The translations under genes were made by a program, and so were the position numbers. Under the pieces are notes generated by a model, which saw only the letters and a program-made list of their open reading frames with translations, made no database searches and had not been told where the DNA came from. DNA of 64,000 nucleotides, from positions 288,001 to 352,000 of the forward strand of contig CAVPPB010000002.1 of assembly GCA_963707215.1 (NCBI GenBank), written 5' to 3'. The DNA comes from an uncultured Chloroflexia bacterium. GTDB lineage: Bacteria; Chloroflexota; Limnocylindria; Limnocylindrales; CSP1-4. Below are positions 19,679-29,998 of this stretch, in pieces; within the stretch, counting starts at the first letter, position 1, and each line of letters starts with the position of its first letter.

Positions 19679-20580
19679 CCCGTCCCTCCGCGCTGGAGCC
19701 GATGCCGGGAGCGGGTCCACGGTCCTGGAGCGACGACCCGATGCGCGTGACCCCGGTCGTCCTCGTCATCGGCGGCTTCCTGTCCTCACCACCGATGCAC
19801 GCCGGCTTCCGCCGACGGCTCCTGGATCGTGGCGCGGCCGACGTCGTCGTGGCCCCGCTCTGGCTGCCGGATTGGCTGCTGGCGGCCTACCGCCACGATG
19901 CCGGCCGGCTCGTGACCCGGGCCGGCCGGGCACTGCTCGAGGCTGGTCGGCGGTCGGGCGCTTCGCCGGCATCCCGTGGCGCCCCGGTCCTCGTCGTCGG
20001 GCACTCGGCCGGTGGCGGTCTGGCCCGGCTGTTGACCTCGCCGGAGCCGTTCGAGGGTCGGCGTCTGGGAGCTGCCGGGAGGATCGGAGCGCTGGTGACC
20101 CTGGGAACGCCCAATCACGTCCACCCGTCCGGCGACTTCGGCGGGCGCCTGTCGACGGTGGCGACGACGTTCCTCGACCGCGTCGCCCCCGGGCCTGCCT
20201 TCGCGCCGACGACCGGATACCTGACGGTGGGCTCGCGTGTGGACGTCGCCCATCGGCACGGGGATCGCGGCGAGCGACGCCAGCACCGCTTCTACGCCGG
20301 GCTCATCGGCCCCGGGGCGCCCGACGAGATCCGTGGCGACGGGGTGGTGCCGCTCGAGTGCGCCCTGCTCCACGACACGCCGGCCATCGTCTTCGACGAC
20401 ATCTACCACGGACCCGGGGGGATCTGGTACGGCAGCCGTCGGGCGCTCGACGGCTGGTGGCCGGCGGCCCTGGAGACCTGGCGGGCCGCGCTCGTCGCCC
20501 GGCTGGAGCGGCCGGCCGCGTCGCTCGATCCGGATGGGCCGCCGCTCCGCGCGTTTGACGGCGCGCCGGTCGGCGGCTAG
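19675..20580 (+). CDS. Alpha/beta-hydrolase (lipase/esterase-like)
   Basis: VIGGFL oxyanion region, VGHSAGG nucleophile elbow, LVTLGTPN, GDGVVP. Confidence 0.8.
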   Translation: MTRPSALEPMPGAGPRSWSDDPMRVTPVVLVIGGFLSSPPMHAGFRRRLLDRGAADVVVAPLWLPDWLLAAYRHDAGRLVTRAGRALLEAGRRSGASPASRGAPVLVVGHSAGGGLARLLTSPEPFEGRRLGAAGRIGALVTLGTPNHVHPSGDFGGRLSTVATTFLDRVAPGPAFAPTTGYLTVGSRVDVAHRHGDRGERRQHRFYAGLIGPGAPDEIRGDGVVPLECALLHDTPAIVFDDIYHGPGGIWYGSRRALDGWWPAALETWRAALVARLERPAASLDPDGPPLRAFDGAPVGG

Positions 20581-20588
20581 GATTCTTT

Positions 20589-20663
20589 CGCGGGGTGGAG
20601 CAGCGGCAGCTCGTTGGGCTCATAACCCAAAGGTCGGCGGTTCGAATCCGCCCCCCGCAACCA
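20589..20663 (+). tRNA. Initiator tRNA-fMet (CAU)
   Basis: C1:A72 mismatch, GGG-CTCATAA-CCC anticodon stem with three G:C pairs, encoded CCA. Confidence 0.95.
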
Positions 20664-20676
20664 ACACGGACGATCA

Positions 20677-20700
20677 AGGACCGGCCCTCGGGCCGGTCCT
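20677..20700. terminator. Hairpin downstream of tRNA-fMet between convergent units
   Basis: AGGACCGGCC-ctcg-GGCCGGTCCT perfect 10-bp stem. Confidence 0.6.
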
Positions 20701-20724
20701 CGTGATTCCAGGGCCCGTCGACGG

Positions 20725-23274
20725 CTAGAGCGCAGCGACGGTCGCCTCGAGCCTGGTGGTCGCGCTCGCCGGGTCCGTCGTGGCGTCGAAACGGATCGGT
20801 TGGCCGACGACGATCTCGACCTCGCCGCGGAGCGGAGCCGGGAGCCGCCGCCGGTCGATGATGCTCATCCGGTGGATGACGACCTTGACCGGGACCACCG
20901 GCGTGGCCCCTTCGACCGCGATCAGGCCGACGCCGGCCTTGAAGGGCTGGAGCGGGCCGCCGACGGTCAGCTTCCCCTCCGGATAGATGAGGACGTTGAA
21001 GCCGGCATCGAGGCGGGTGCCGAGCATCTCGAGGCTCTTCCGGACGGAACCCTCGCGGGCCAGCGGGAAGGCATTCGCGAGGACCGAGGCCAGCACGCCC
21101 TGGACCGGGTTGTCATAGATGGTCTCGGCGGCCGCGGCGACGGACAGCCTCCAGCGGATGCCGAGGGGCAGGCGGCTGAGGATGATCGCGTTGTCCAGGT
21201 GGAGACAGTGGTTGGGCGTGAACAGGACCGGGCCGTCCAGGGCCCCCAGTCGTTCGAGGCCGCTGGTTCGAACGCGGTAGAACAGGGCGACGGTCGGGTA
21301 CATCAGGAGCGTCTGGAAGGCAAGGCCGACCGCCCGGACGCCTGGGCGCAGGGGCCACGACCACGAGCCCGGCTTCCGCCGCTCGCCGCGAGCCACCTCG
21401 ACCAGCGCCTGCAGGTCGCGGACGCTGGCACCGGGCTGGAGCGCGTCGTCGTCCACGTAGACCCCGAGCTCCTCCTCGATCACCCCGAGGAGCTCGACGC
21501 GACGCAGCGAGTCAAGCTCCAGGTCCTCCGACAGACGGGCAGCAGGCGTGATCCGGTCCGGGCCAAGGCCGGCGACCGAGGCGACCACCGCGACGACAGG
21601 GTCGACCGGGGCGTCGTCGGCGCGGGCTGCGATCCGGCGGGTGTCCGGGACCACTGGCGTCTCCGCCCCGTCGAGCTCGGCGAGCCGGGCGAGCACGTCG
21701 GGTTTGCGGATCTTCAGGGTGTGCGTCCGGGGCAGGTCCGGATCCGGCCAGACCGTCGTGCCCCGGATCCGCTGGTGCGGCGCCAGCCGATCGTTGGCGA
21801 CCCGGACGACGTCGTCGGCGACGGCCGGGTCGGCGAGGAGCAGCACCGCGTGGACCCGCAGGTCCGGGCCCGGTGGCCAGCCGACGATGGCCGCGTCCTC
21901 GACCCGCTCGTCCTGGCGCAGGATCGCCTCGACGTCTTCGGCGTAGACCTTCTGGCCGTCGGGCAGGGCCAGCATGTCCTTCTTGCGGCCCCGGAAGACG
22001 AGGAAGCCGTCGGGCGTCATCGCGCCGAGGTCGCCGGAGTGGTACCAGCCATCGGCATCGATGGCCGCAGCGGTCGCCTCCGGGTTGCGCCAGTAGCCCA
22101 TGAAGCGGTTCGGGCCCCGGGCCAGGATCTCGCCGTCAGCGGCCAGCCGGATCTCGACGCCCGGGATCGGCTCGCCGACGGTATCGAGCCGGTTCCGCTC
22201 GGGCCGGGTGAAGGTCGCGACCGGCCCCATCTCCGTCGCCCCGTAGCCCTGGAGCACCTCGATCCCCATGTCCATCCAGCGCTGGGCGACGTCGAGCTCG
22301 ATCGCCGACGCGCCGACGCCGATGGCCTTCAGACGTCCGCCGAACTGCTCGTGGACGGACCGGAAGAGGAGACGGCGGACCCATCGCGGGGATCGTCGCG
22401 CGATGCGGTGCAGGCGCTCCCAGGACGCACGTCGACCGGACTGGTCGACCTTCCGCTCGATGGCGTTGTCGAGGAGCCTGAGCCCCTGGGGCACGATCAG
22501 CAGCAGGGACGCCCGATAGTCGCGGAACGTCCGGAGGATCACGGCCGGTTGGCGGCTCACGGGGTAGACCACGCTTGCGCCCTTGAGCAGCGGCGCGATG
22601 AAGCCCAGGACCTGTTCGTACAGGTGGGACAGCGGCAGGACGGACAGGAGTCGGTCCGACGCCCCGAACGGCAGCAGGGAAGCCATCGAGGCCGCGCAGG
22701 CGAGCAGGTTGCGGTGCGAGAGCATCGCGCCCTTCGGCTCGCCGGTCGTTCCGCTCGTGAACACGATCTCGGCCAGGTCGTCCGGCGCGACCGCGGCCGC
22801 GGGGAGCGGCTCCAGGCGACGGGCGAGGTCGGGGAGCGACTCGACGAGCAGGACCGGCAGCCCGAGTTCGCTGGCTGGGGCCTCGGTCTGGCGGCAGGCG
22901 ACCACCAGGCGGGCCTCGGTTCGGGTGGCGACCTTCCGTCCGAACTCGACCGTGTGGCGGACGTCCAGCGGGACCGAGACTGCTCCGGCGTGGGCGATCG
23001 CCAGGAAGGCCAGCCCCCACTCCGGCCGATTGACCGACCAGATGATGACCCGATCTCCCGGGACGACGCCGGCCTCGACGAACGCCCGGGCCGCCCGCGG
23101 CACCTCCCGGGCCAGATCGCGGTACCGCCAGGTACGTGTCCGGAACGACGGCCGGATGAGCAGCGCCGGCCGCCTGGCGAACCTCTCCCGGCCGACCGTG
23201 ACGAGGTCGACGAGCGTCTCCACGCGGGCTGGATCGGAGCGCGAGCGGCGGGGAGCGGCGCCCGGGTCGGTCAT
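20725..23274 (-). CDS. Acyl-CoA synthetase (AMP-binding) + carrier domain + PlsC-type acyltransferase fusion
   Basis: FTSGTTGEPKG, QGYGATE, SGDLG; LELDSL phosphopantetheine site; NHCLHLD (HX4D) and IYPEG. Confidence 0.88.
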   Translation of the reverse strand: MTDPGAAPRRSRSDPARVETLVDLVTVGRERFARRPALLIRPSFRTRTWRYRDLAREVPRAARAFVEAGVVPGDRVIIWSVNRPEWGLAFLAIAHAGAVSVPLDVRHTVEFGRKVATRTEARLVVACRQTEAPASELGLPVLLVESLPDLARRLEPLPAAAVAPDDLAEIVFTSGTTGEPKGAMLSHRNLLACAASMASLLPFGASDRLLSVLPLSHLYEQVLGFIAPLLKGASVVYPVSRQPAVILRTFRDYRASLLLIVPQGLRLLDNAIERKVDQSGRRASWERLHRIARRSPRWVRRLLFRSVHEQFGGRLKAIGVGASAIELDVAQRWMDMGIEVLQGYGATEMGPVATFTRPERNRLDTVGEPIPGVEIRLAADGEILARGPNRFMGYWRNPEATAAAIDADGWYHSGDLGAMTPDGFLVFRGRKKDMLALPDGQKVYAEDVEAILRQDERVEDAAIVGWPPGPDLRVHAVLLLADPAVADDVVRVANDRLAPHQRIRGTTVWPDPDLPRTHTLKIRKPDVLARLAELDGAETPVVPDTRRIAARADDAPVDPVVAVVASVAGLGPDRITPAARLSEDLELDSLRRVELLGVIEEELGVYVDDDALQPGASVRDLQALVEVARGERRKPGSWSWPLRPGVRAVGLAFQTLLMYPTVALFYRVRTSGLERLGALDGPVLFTPNHCLHLDNAIILSRLPLGIRWRLSVAAAAETIYDNPVQGVLASVLANAFPLAREGSVRKSLEMLGTRLDAGFNVLIYPEGKLTVGGPLQPFKAGVGLIAVEGATPVVPVKVVIHRMSIIDRRRLPAPLRGEVEIVVGQPIRFDATTDPASATTRLEATVAAL

Positions 23275-23942
23275 CCATCGGCCTCCGTCGTCGCGGCCAG
23301 CTCGGCCAGCACCTCGTTGGCGTCCTCGCGCAGGGTCGGGAAGTGGGCGAAGACGATCATCTGGACGTCGAGGCGGGCAAGACGTTGCACGCTCCGACGT
23401 GCGGCAGCGTGGTCGTCGGAGTAGAGCCCGCTGGCGAAGGACACCCGACCTCGTCGTCGTTGGAGGACGTCGCCGGTGAACAGGATGCGGTCACGGATCC
23501 CGTAGAGGCAGATGCTCCCTGGCGTGTGACCGGGCGTGTGGACGACCCGAAGGCCGCCGAGTACCGGAAGGACATCGCCGTCGCCGACGGGCGTCACCGC
23601 TGCCGGCCGCGGCGTCACCGCCGCGAAGAAGCGGCCCCGCGACGGATGGCGGATCGCATCCGCGAGGCCGACCCGCAGTCCCTCGGCGTCAGCCGGATGC
23701 ATGAGCAGCTCGACCCCGCGGCGGGCGAGCTCGCGGGCGCCACCGGCGTGGTCCGGGTGCCCGTGAGTGATGATGACCCGGCGGACCTCGTCGAGCGACC
23801 GCCCGACCCGGGCGAGATAGCGCTCGATGCCACGCCGCGACCCGGGCAGCCCAGCGTCGATCAGGGTGATCTCGTCCTCGAGGATGGCGTGGACGCGGAC
23901 CGACGTCAGATGGATCGCGTGGACGTCCGGGGCGATCTCCAC
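23271..23942 (-). CDS. MBL-fold metallo-hydrolase
   Basis: THGHPDHAG, TPGHTPGS, FTGD motifs. Confidence 0.9.
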   Translation of the reverse strand: MEIAPDVHAIHLTSVRVHAILEDEITLIDAGLPGSRRGIERYLARVGRSLDEVRRVIITHGHPDHAGGARELARRGVELLMHPADAEGLRVGLADAIRHPSRGRFFAAVTPRPAAVTPVGDGDVLPVLGGLRVVHTPGHTPGSICLYGIRDRILFTGDVLQRRRGRVSFASGLYSDDHAAARRSVQRLARLDVQMIVFAHFPTLREDANEVLAELAATTEADG

Positions 23943-24092
23943 GACGCCTCCCGTGGGCCATGGCCTGGCGTCCGCTCCCGGCCGCCGGGCGCGGCTCGGG
24001 ACGGGCGCGCGCGAACGATAGGCTCGTGCCGGCGTCGTGGGAAGGACCGAATGGCGTGCCGGGCCTGGTGGACCCGAGGCCCGACGGGGCGG

Positions 24093-25103
24093 TCAGCCGG
24101 CGGCGTGCGCCGCGGCCAGCCAGGCGTCGATCCGCGCGACCGTGAAGACGTGCGCGGCGATGTCCCGGACCCAGTGCTCCGAGCGAGCCCGGTCCTCTGC
24201 GGAGGCTGACGGGTCGAGAGCTCGCTCCGCGTACCAGGCGACGAGGTTGGCCTGGAAGGCCAGGGTCATGGCGAAGGACGAGCGATCCCGGAGGATCGCC
24301 GGCCCGCCGGCTTGCCCGTAGGCGCGCAGGAAGGCCCGGGTCGCGCTCACATCCGGCACGAATTCGGCGAGCGTCGACGCCAGCTCCTGCTCGGCCGAGG
24401 CCGGGCCCGAGTTCTCCCAGTCGACGACGACCGGGTGTCCCTGCCTGTCGACCAGCACGTTCTCCGGGTTGAAGTCGAGGTGGCAGCGGATCGTCGACTC
24501 GTGGCTCCCGGCCGCGACGATGGCATCGCCCTCGCGGAGCAGCGGCACGAGCCCGCCGAGCGTGTCGGCCCAGCTCGCCCGCGCGGCGCGGGCCGCGGCC
24601 ACGAGCCCCTCCAGGTCCCCGGGTCCCGGCGCGGCCGTGAACCACGGGTCGACCGGCCCACGGGCCGGGAATGCCAGCGCGTGGAGCCGGCCCAGGATCG
24701 CCGCCGCATCCGCGATCGCTGGGCGGACCTCACGTCCGGCCAGGTCGACCCAGGTGTAGACCCGCACCTCGACCCGCCGGTCCGGGGCCGGGACCTCGGA
24801 GATGACCCGGCCGTCGGGAGCCGGGATCGGCCGGGGCATCGGGACGCCCGCGGCGAGGGCCGCCTCCTGGAACGCGACGTCCTCCCGGGCGGCTGTCTCG
24901 TCGGCGGGCCGCAGCAGCTCCTTGACCGCCCATCGCCCGGTCGAGGTCTCCAGGCGCCAGATGCGGCCGAGCTCACCCCGCGCCGCCAGGGCGATCAGTC
25001 CCGTCGGCCGGCCCAGGCCGTAGGCCCTGGCGACCGCGACGGCATCGGGAGGGTCGGCTGGCGCCGGTTCTGGAGGACCCGTCGGAACGCGCGGATCGGC
25101 CAT
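24093..25103 (-). CDS. Aminoglycoside phosphotransferase / kinase-like family protein
   Basis: WAVK, CHLDFNPENVL (Brenner motif), VVDWE; TACCCT 6 nt before ATG. Confidence 0.85.
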   Translation of the reverse strand: MADPRVPTGPPEPAPADPPDAVAVARAYGLGRPTGLIALAARGELGRIWRLETSTGRWAVKELLRPADETAAREDVAFQEAALAAGVPMPRPIPAPDGRVISEVPAPDRRVEVRVYTWVDLAGREVRPAIADAAAILGRLHALAFPARGPVDPWFTAAPGPGDLEGLVAAARAARASWADTLGGLVPLLREGDAIVAAGSHESTIRCHLDFNPENVLVDRQGHPVVVDWENSGPASAEQELASTLAEFVPDVSATRAFLRAYGQAGGPAILRDRSSFAMTLAFQANLVAWYAERALDPSASAEDRARSEHWVRDIAAHVFTVARIDAWLAAAHAAG

Positions 25104-25216
25104 CGGCACAGGGTACCGTCCGCTCGTCGCCGCGATATTTCGAACGCTGGCGCGGCGCCCGGCCCCATAGTGTCTCGGAAGGCGTCCCCGCTGGGCGCCA
25201 GCGAGGGACGGCGCAG

Positions 25217-25768
25217 GTGGATCGCGATCTCGTCGAGGCGGCCCGCGGTGGGGACAGGGAGGCGTATGCCGACCTGGTCCGCAGCCGTGGCGACCGGCTC
25301 TTCGCGATCGCCCAGCGGATCCTGCGCGACGTCGACCGGACCGAGGATGCCGTGCAGGAGGCGCTGGTGATCGCCTGGCGCGACCTGCCCGGGCTCCGCG
25401 ATCCGGACCGGTTCGACGCCTGGCTGCACCGTCTCCTCGTTCGCTCCTGCATCACCGAGGCCAAGCGCGAGCGCCGCCTGGCGGCGAACGTGCGGATCCT
25501 CCCCTTCGACATGCCCGCGGCGGCGGACGACTACCTGTCCGTCGCCGACCGGGACCAGCTCGACCGCGGCTTCCGGCGCCTGCCTCCGGAGCAGCGGGCC
25601 CTGCTGGTCCTCCGCCACTTCGCCGGCCTCGAGCCGACGGAGATCGCCGAGACCCTCGGCATCCCCGCCGGCACGGTCCGATCCCGACTCCACCATGCCC
25701 ACCGGGCGATGCGCGCCGCGCTCGACGCGGATGCCCGCTCGACCACGATCAGGGGAGTCTCGGCGTGA
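25217..25768 (+). CDS. ECF sigma-70 factor
   Basis: EDAVQEAL, FDAWL region 2; EIAETLGIPAGTVRSRLHHA region 4. Confidence 0.92.
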   Translation: MDRDLVEAARGGDREAYADLVRSRGDRLFAIAQRILRDVDRTEDAVQEALVIAWRDLPGLRDPDRFDAWLHRLLVRSCITEAKRERRLAANVRILPFDMPAAADDYLSVADRDQLDRGFRRLPPEQRALLVLRHFAGLEPTEIAETLGIPAGTVRSRLHHAHRAMRAALDADARSTTIRGVSA

Positions 25769-27138
25769 CGCGAGAACGAGACATCGAGCGCGTCCTCGAC
25801 GCCTGGCTCACCGACGGCGCCACGCAGATGCCCGACCGGCTCTACGTGACGGTCCTCGATCGGGTCGACCGGACCCCGCAGCGGCGCCTCGCCCGGCTCA
25901 AGCTGAGGTTCTCCGAGATGCGTCCTGTCATCCGGGTCGCGGCGGTCGCCGCGGTCCTCGTTCTCACCCTGGGGGTAGGGGCGGCGGTCGTCGGGGGTGC
26001 GTTCGACGCGGACGCGCCCGGCCCGACGCCGGAGCCGTCACCCGCCGTCTCGCCCGGCCCCTCTCCGAGCCCGGCGGCCGCGCTGCCGGACGAGCTCGGC
26101 CACATCTGGATCGGCGGCGAGCGACCGCTCGCGGCCCTCGGGATGACCACCCCGGCGCTGGTCGTCCTCGATCTCGATCCGGACGTCGGGACGAGCCCGT
26201 ATGCCGAGCTCAACGTGGACCTTGGATCGCCGATCTTCGCTTCGCATCCATCCCTCCCGGCGGTGGGTCAGCTGCGCTTCGAGACGGCCATCGGCGACGC
26301 CGGCTGCTCCACCGGCGACGTCGGGACCTACGACTACTCGCTGTCACCGAACGGCATGATCCTGTCCCTCCAGACCGTCGAGGATGCCTGCGCGAACCGC
26401 GCCGACGCCTTCAGCGGCGACTGGACCCGGTCGCAGTGCAAGAACCCGGACGACTACTGCCTGGGCGAGGTCCCCGCCGGGACGTACGTCTCGACGTTCC
26501 TCGATCCGTACCGGGCGCCGGGCGGTGAGAGACCGCCCCGCGGCGACTTCGGCCGCCTGCGCTTCACCGTCCCGGACGGCTGGGCCAACAGCGGGGACTG
26601 GCCCCAGGAATACGCCCTCGAGCCGCTCGGAACCGTGGCCGAGAACCCCGCCTCCGGTGACAAGACGACCTGGCACGGCATCTACGTCAACACGCGGGCG
26701 TCCGCCGCGCTCCAGGACGAGCAGTGCAACGACTTCGAGCAGCCCGGCGTGCCCCGGACGCTCGACGCGCTGACGACCTTCCTCCGGGAGCGTCCCGGGC
26801 TGGAGGTCTCGAACCCGGTCGAGCTGACGATCGGCGGTCGCCGGGCCACGATGACCGACATCGCCATCGCCCCGGACTGGACCCAGACCTGCCCCGATGC
26901 GGTCGGCGGCCATCCCGTCGTGACCCTGTTCCGGGAGGCTGACACGGCGGCGGATTCGGGCTGGGGCTGGGGGATCGGCTGGCCCGGGAACACCGAGCGG
27001 CAGCGGGTCATCCTCGTCGAGCTCGAGCCCGCCAACGTCCTGCACATCGCCCTCGACGACACGTCCACGCCGTCGCGCTTCGACGAGCTCGTTGCCGCCG
27101 CGATGCCGACCGTCGAGTCCTTCGAGTTCCCCGAATGA
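25765..27138 (+). CDS. Putative anti-sigma factor (single TM, Cys-containing extracytoplasmic domain)
   Basis: Overlaps ECF stop (GTGA); short cytoplasmic N-terminus, TM helix, Pro/Ser linker, large domain with six Cys. Confidence 0.65.
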   Translation: MTRERDIERVLDAWLTDGATQMPDRLYVTVLDRVDRTPQRRLARLKLRFSEMRPVIRVAAVAAVLVLTLGVGAAVVGGAFDADAPGPTPEPSPAVSPGPSPSPAAALPDELGHIWIGGERPLAALGMTTPALVVLDLDPDVGTSPYAELNVDLGSPIFASHPSLPAVGQLRFETAIGDAGCSTGDVGTYDYSLSPNGMILSLQTVEDACANRADAFSGDWTRSQCKNPDDYCLGEVPAGTYVSTFLDPYRAPGGERPPRGDFGRLRFTVPDGWANSGDWPQEYALEPLGTVAENPASGDKTTWHGIYVNTRASAALQDEQCNDFEQPGVPRTLDALTTFLRERPGLEVSNPVELTIGGRRATMTDIAIAPDWTQTCPDAVGGHPVVTLFREADTAADSGWGWGIGWPGNTERQRVILVELEPANVLHIALDDTSTPSRFDELVAAAMPTVESFEFPE

Positions 27139-27239
27139 ACGGCCCGGTGCGGCAGCGACACCACATCCCATCGGCGATCCGCGGCGTGAGCCGGGCGATG
27201 TCCGCCCGGCCCGCCGGTCGAGACCTGGAGGTCCGTCCC

Positions 27240-27668
27240 ATGCGCGTCCCGTTCCTCCGCCTGGCCGCGGCCGGGCTCCTGGCCCTCGCCTTCGCGATGC
27301 CCGTCGACGCAGGGGGCTCGAAGGTCGAGATCATCCTCTACGTGGACAACGGCTCCGAGACCTTCGATGCCGAAGGGGGCTTCTGCTCGGCCGGCACCGC
27401 GCTCTCGAGCGGCTTCTTCTTCGCCGGCGGCGGCCGGGCCGGCACGTACCACCTCGTCAAGACCCTCGACTGCGCCGACGGCTCGGGCACCCTGGTGATC
27501 AACGTCGACGCCGCCACCGCCAACGGGGCCCCGCAGGACCAGGGCGGCTGGTCGGTCATCGCCGGGACCGGCGATTGGGCCGGTGCTCGAGGCGGCGGCA
27601 ACCTCGTCGGCTACTTCGACCGAGCCGTCGACATCGAGGACCACTACACGGGCGTCATCGTCCGGTAG
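27240..27668 (+). CDS. Secreted hypothetical beta-rich protein
   Basis: GGAGG SD, signal peptide, WSVIAGTGDWAGARGGG motif, two Cys. Confidence 0.7.
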   Translation: MRVPFLRLAAAGLLALAFAMPVDAGGSKVEIILYVDNGSETFDAEGGFCSAGTALSSGFFFAGGGRAGTYHLVKTLDCADGSGTLVINVDAATANGAPQDQGGWSVIAGTGDWAGARGGGNLVGYFDRAVDIEDHYTGVIVR

Positions 27669-27715
27669 CGATCCCCGGGCGCCGCGTCGGCGACGCTCAA
27701 GACGTCCCGCGGATC

Positions 27716-27744
27716 CGGACCCCGGGTGGACCACCCGGGGTCCG
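27716..27744. terminator. Perfect inverted repeat between convergent genes
   Basis: CGGACCCCGGGTGG-a-CCACCCGGGGTCCG, 14-bp arms. Confidence 0.6.
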
Positions 27745-27778
27745 ACCGCGTCCGGCGGGCGTGGGGATGACTTCCGGG

Positions 27779-28285
27779 CTAGGCCCGCTCGTCGTCGGCG
27801 CCGACCAGGCGGCTGCGACGCTCCAGGATGACCACGTCTCGCCAGCGACCGGACGGGTCCTTGCCCAACCGCTCGCGGACCCCGATGACCCGGAAGCCGG
27901 CGTGTCGGTGGAGGGCGAGACTGGCCTCGTTCTCCGGGTGGATGCCGGCCTGGAGCGTCCAGATGCCGACCGCCTCGGACGCCTCGATGAGCGCCGCCAT
28001 GAGGGCTCGCCCCACGCCGCGCCCGCGAGCGTCTTCCGCGACGTACACGGAGACTTCCGCGACGCCCTCGTAGACGCAGCGCCCGGAAGCCGGCGTGAGG
28101 GCGACCCAGCCCAGAACGTGCTCGTCGTCGCGGGCGACGAACCGGCCGTACGGTCGATGCTCCTCGTCCCAGGCCTCCCACGACGGCGCCCCTGCCTCGA
28201 GCGTGGCGTTGCCGGTGGCGATGCCCTGCTCGTAGATGGCCCGGACGGCCGGCCAGTCGGCCGGGGCGAGCGCCTCGATCCTCAT
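27779..28285 (-). CDS. GNAT N-acetyltransferase (phosphinothricin/methionine-sulfoximine acetyltransferase-like)
   Basis: IYEQGI, EVSVYV..ARGRGVG, NEASLALH..GFR, WRDV. Confidence 0.88.
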   Translation of the reverse strand: MRIEALAPADWPAVRAIYEQGIATGNATLEAGAPSWEAWDEEHRPYGRFVARDDEHVLGWVALTPASGRCVYEGVAEVSVYVAEDARGRGVGRALMAALIEASEAVGIWTLQAGIHPENEASLALHRHAGFRVIGVRERLGKDPSGRWRDVVILERRSRLVGADDERA

Positions 28286-28318
28286 GGACCGGGAGTCTAG
28301 CCGGACCGGGTCGGGCGT

Positions 28319-29998
28319 CTAGTCGGGGCGATGCGACCGATCGTGATGGGCGATCCGCTCGCCGGGCATGACCTCGTAGCGGGGCGGGGCAGCGACCCCG
28401 TCGGCCTGCCACGAAGGCGAGTGCCGCTGGTCGCGATCCCGGCGGGTCGGGCGCGCCTGGTCTCGCTGGCCCGGACCCGCCTGTCCATGGCGGCCTGCGT
28501 AGGGCTGACCGCCGTTCCTCGGCGCCGACGGATGTCGGCCGCGGTCCCTGGTCCGATGCTCGACCGTATGGTCCGGGTGGCGGTCGGGCGTTCGGGCGGA
28601 ACGCTGGCCCGGTCCCCGATCGGCACGCTGACCGGGTCCGCCATCCGGGCGGTAGCTGGGCGCACGATCGGGACGTTGGCCGGGCGCACGGTCCTGGCGG
28701 AAGCCGCCACTGCGGTCCTGGCGGAAGCCGCCACTGCGGTCCTGGCGGAAGCCGCCGCCTCGATGCCCGCTCCCACGGACGCCGGCTCGGCCCCGACCGC
28801 GGGATGGCACGCCGCTCACGGGACGGGCCGGCCTGGGCGGGAGCGCCTCGCCTGGTGCGAAGCCGTCAACGACCTCGCTGGCGATCGGTCGCCTCAGGAG
28901 GTCCTCGATGGCCCACAGGAGCGGGGCCTCGTCCGCGCCGACCAGCGAGACGGCGTCGCCTTCCATTCCGGCCCGGCCGGTGCGGCCGATGCGATGGATG
29001 TAGTCCTCGGGCACGTGCGGCAGCTCGAAGTTGACGACGTGGGGCAGGGCGTCGATGTCGAGGCCGCGGGCGGCGATGTCGGTCGCCACGAGGACCGAGA
29101 CACGCCGCGCCTTGAAGTCGCCGAGGGCGCGGATCCGCTGGGACTGGCTCTTGTTGCCGTGGATGGCGGCCGCGGCGATGCCGTCACGGAAGAGTTGCTC
29201 GGCCAGCCGGTCGGCGCCGTGCTTGGTGCGGGTGAAGACCAGCGCATGGTCGATCCGGCCGGAGCGCACGAGGTGGCTCAAGAGGGCTCGCTTGCGCCCT
29301 CGATCGATCGGGTGGACGACCTGGCGGACAAGCTCGGCAGAGCTGTTCCGCGGCGTCACCTGGACCGAGGCGGGCTGATCGAGGAGGCCGTCGGCAAGGC
29401 GCCGGATCTCGTCGGAGAAGGTCGCCGAGAAGAGCAGGTTCTGGCGTCGCGGCGGCAGGACGGCGAGGATCCGCCGGATGTCGTGGATGAAGCCCATGTC
29501 GAGCATCCGGTCGGCCTCGTCGAGGATCAGGACCTCGACCGTCGAGAGGTCGATCGCCCGCTGGTCGAGGTGGTCGAGCAGGCGGCCCGGCGTCGCGACG
29601 ACGACCTCGGCCCCGGCCCGGATGGCCTTGATCTGGGGCCCGTAGGGCACGCCCCCGAAGATCGTCATCGAGCGGACCGGGCGGTGCGCGCCGTAGGTGC
29701 GGACGGATTGCTCGACCTGGATCGCCAGCTCGCGGGTGGGGGTGAGGACCAGCACCCGGACGGGCTGCCGCCGCTTCTCGCGGGGGTCGTGCGGGCGGCG
29801 GGTCGCGTGGAGGTGCTGGATGACCGGCAGCACGAAGGCGGCCGTCTTGCCGGTGCCGGTCTGGGCGCCGGCCAGCAGGTCGCGACCGGCGAGGACGAAG
29901 GGGATCGCCTCGCGCTGGACGGGGGTGGGGTGTTCGTACCCCTGGTCCGCGACAGCGCGGACAAGCTCGGGCGTCAGCCCGAGAGCATCGAAGGACAC
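28319..29998 (-). CDS. rhlE: DEAD-box RNA helicase, RhlE-like
   Basis: Q motif [41 protein letters not shown]; Arg/Gly-rich tail; AGGAG SD before GTG 29998. Confidence 0.9.
   Translation of the reverse strand: MSFDALGLTPELVRAVADQGYEHPTPVQREAIPFVLAGRDLLAGAQTGTGKTAAFVLPVIQHLHATRRPHDPREKRRQPVRVLVLTPTRELAIQVEQSVRTYGAHRPVRSMTIFGGVPYGPQIKAIRAGAEVVVATPGRLLDHLDQRAIDLSTVEVLILDEADRMLDMGFIHDIRRILAVLPPRRQNLLFSATFSDEIRRLADGLLDQPASVQVTPRNSSAELVRQVVHPIDRGRKRALLSHLVRSGRIDHALVFTRTKHGADRLAEQLFRDGIAAAAIHGNKSQSQRIRALGDFKARRVSVLVATDIAARGLDIDALPHVVNFELPHVPEDYIHRIGRTGRAGMEGDAVSLVGADEAPLLWAIEDLLRRPIASEVVDGFAPGEALPPRPARPVSGVPSRGRGRAGVRGSGHRGGGFRQDRSGGFRQDRSGGFRQDRAPGQRPDRAPSYRPDGGPGQRADRGPGQRSARTPDRHPDHTVEHRTRDRGRHPSAPRNGGQPYAGRHGQAGPGQRDQARPTRRDRDQRHSPSWQADGVAAPPRYEVMPGERIAHHDRSHRPD
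28689..28756 (-). repeat. 24-nt tandem repeat (about 2.8 copies) encoding GGFRQDRS in the helicase tail
   Basis: CGGTCCTGGCGGAAGCCGCCACTG repeated exactly, no spacers. Confidence 0.9.

Noticed and set aside
10051-20663. Genomic island between tRNA-Lys and tRNA-fMet
   Set aside because: No integrase or transposase, no duplicated tRNA 3' end seen, no evident compositional shift
28689-28756. 24-nt direct repeat as a possible CRISPR array
   Set aside because: No spacers, in-frame coding repeat in the helicase tail, no cas genes
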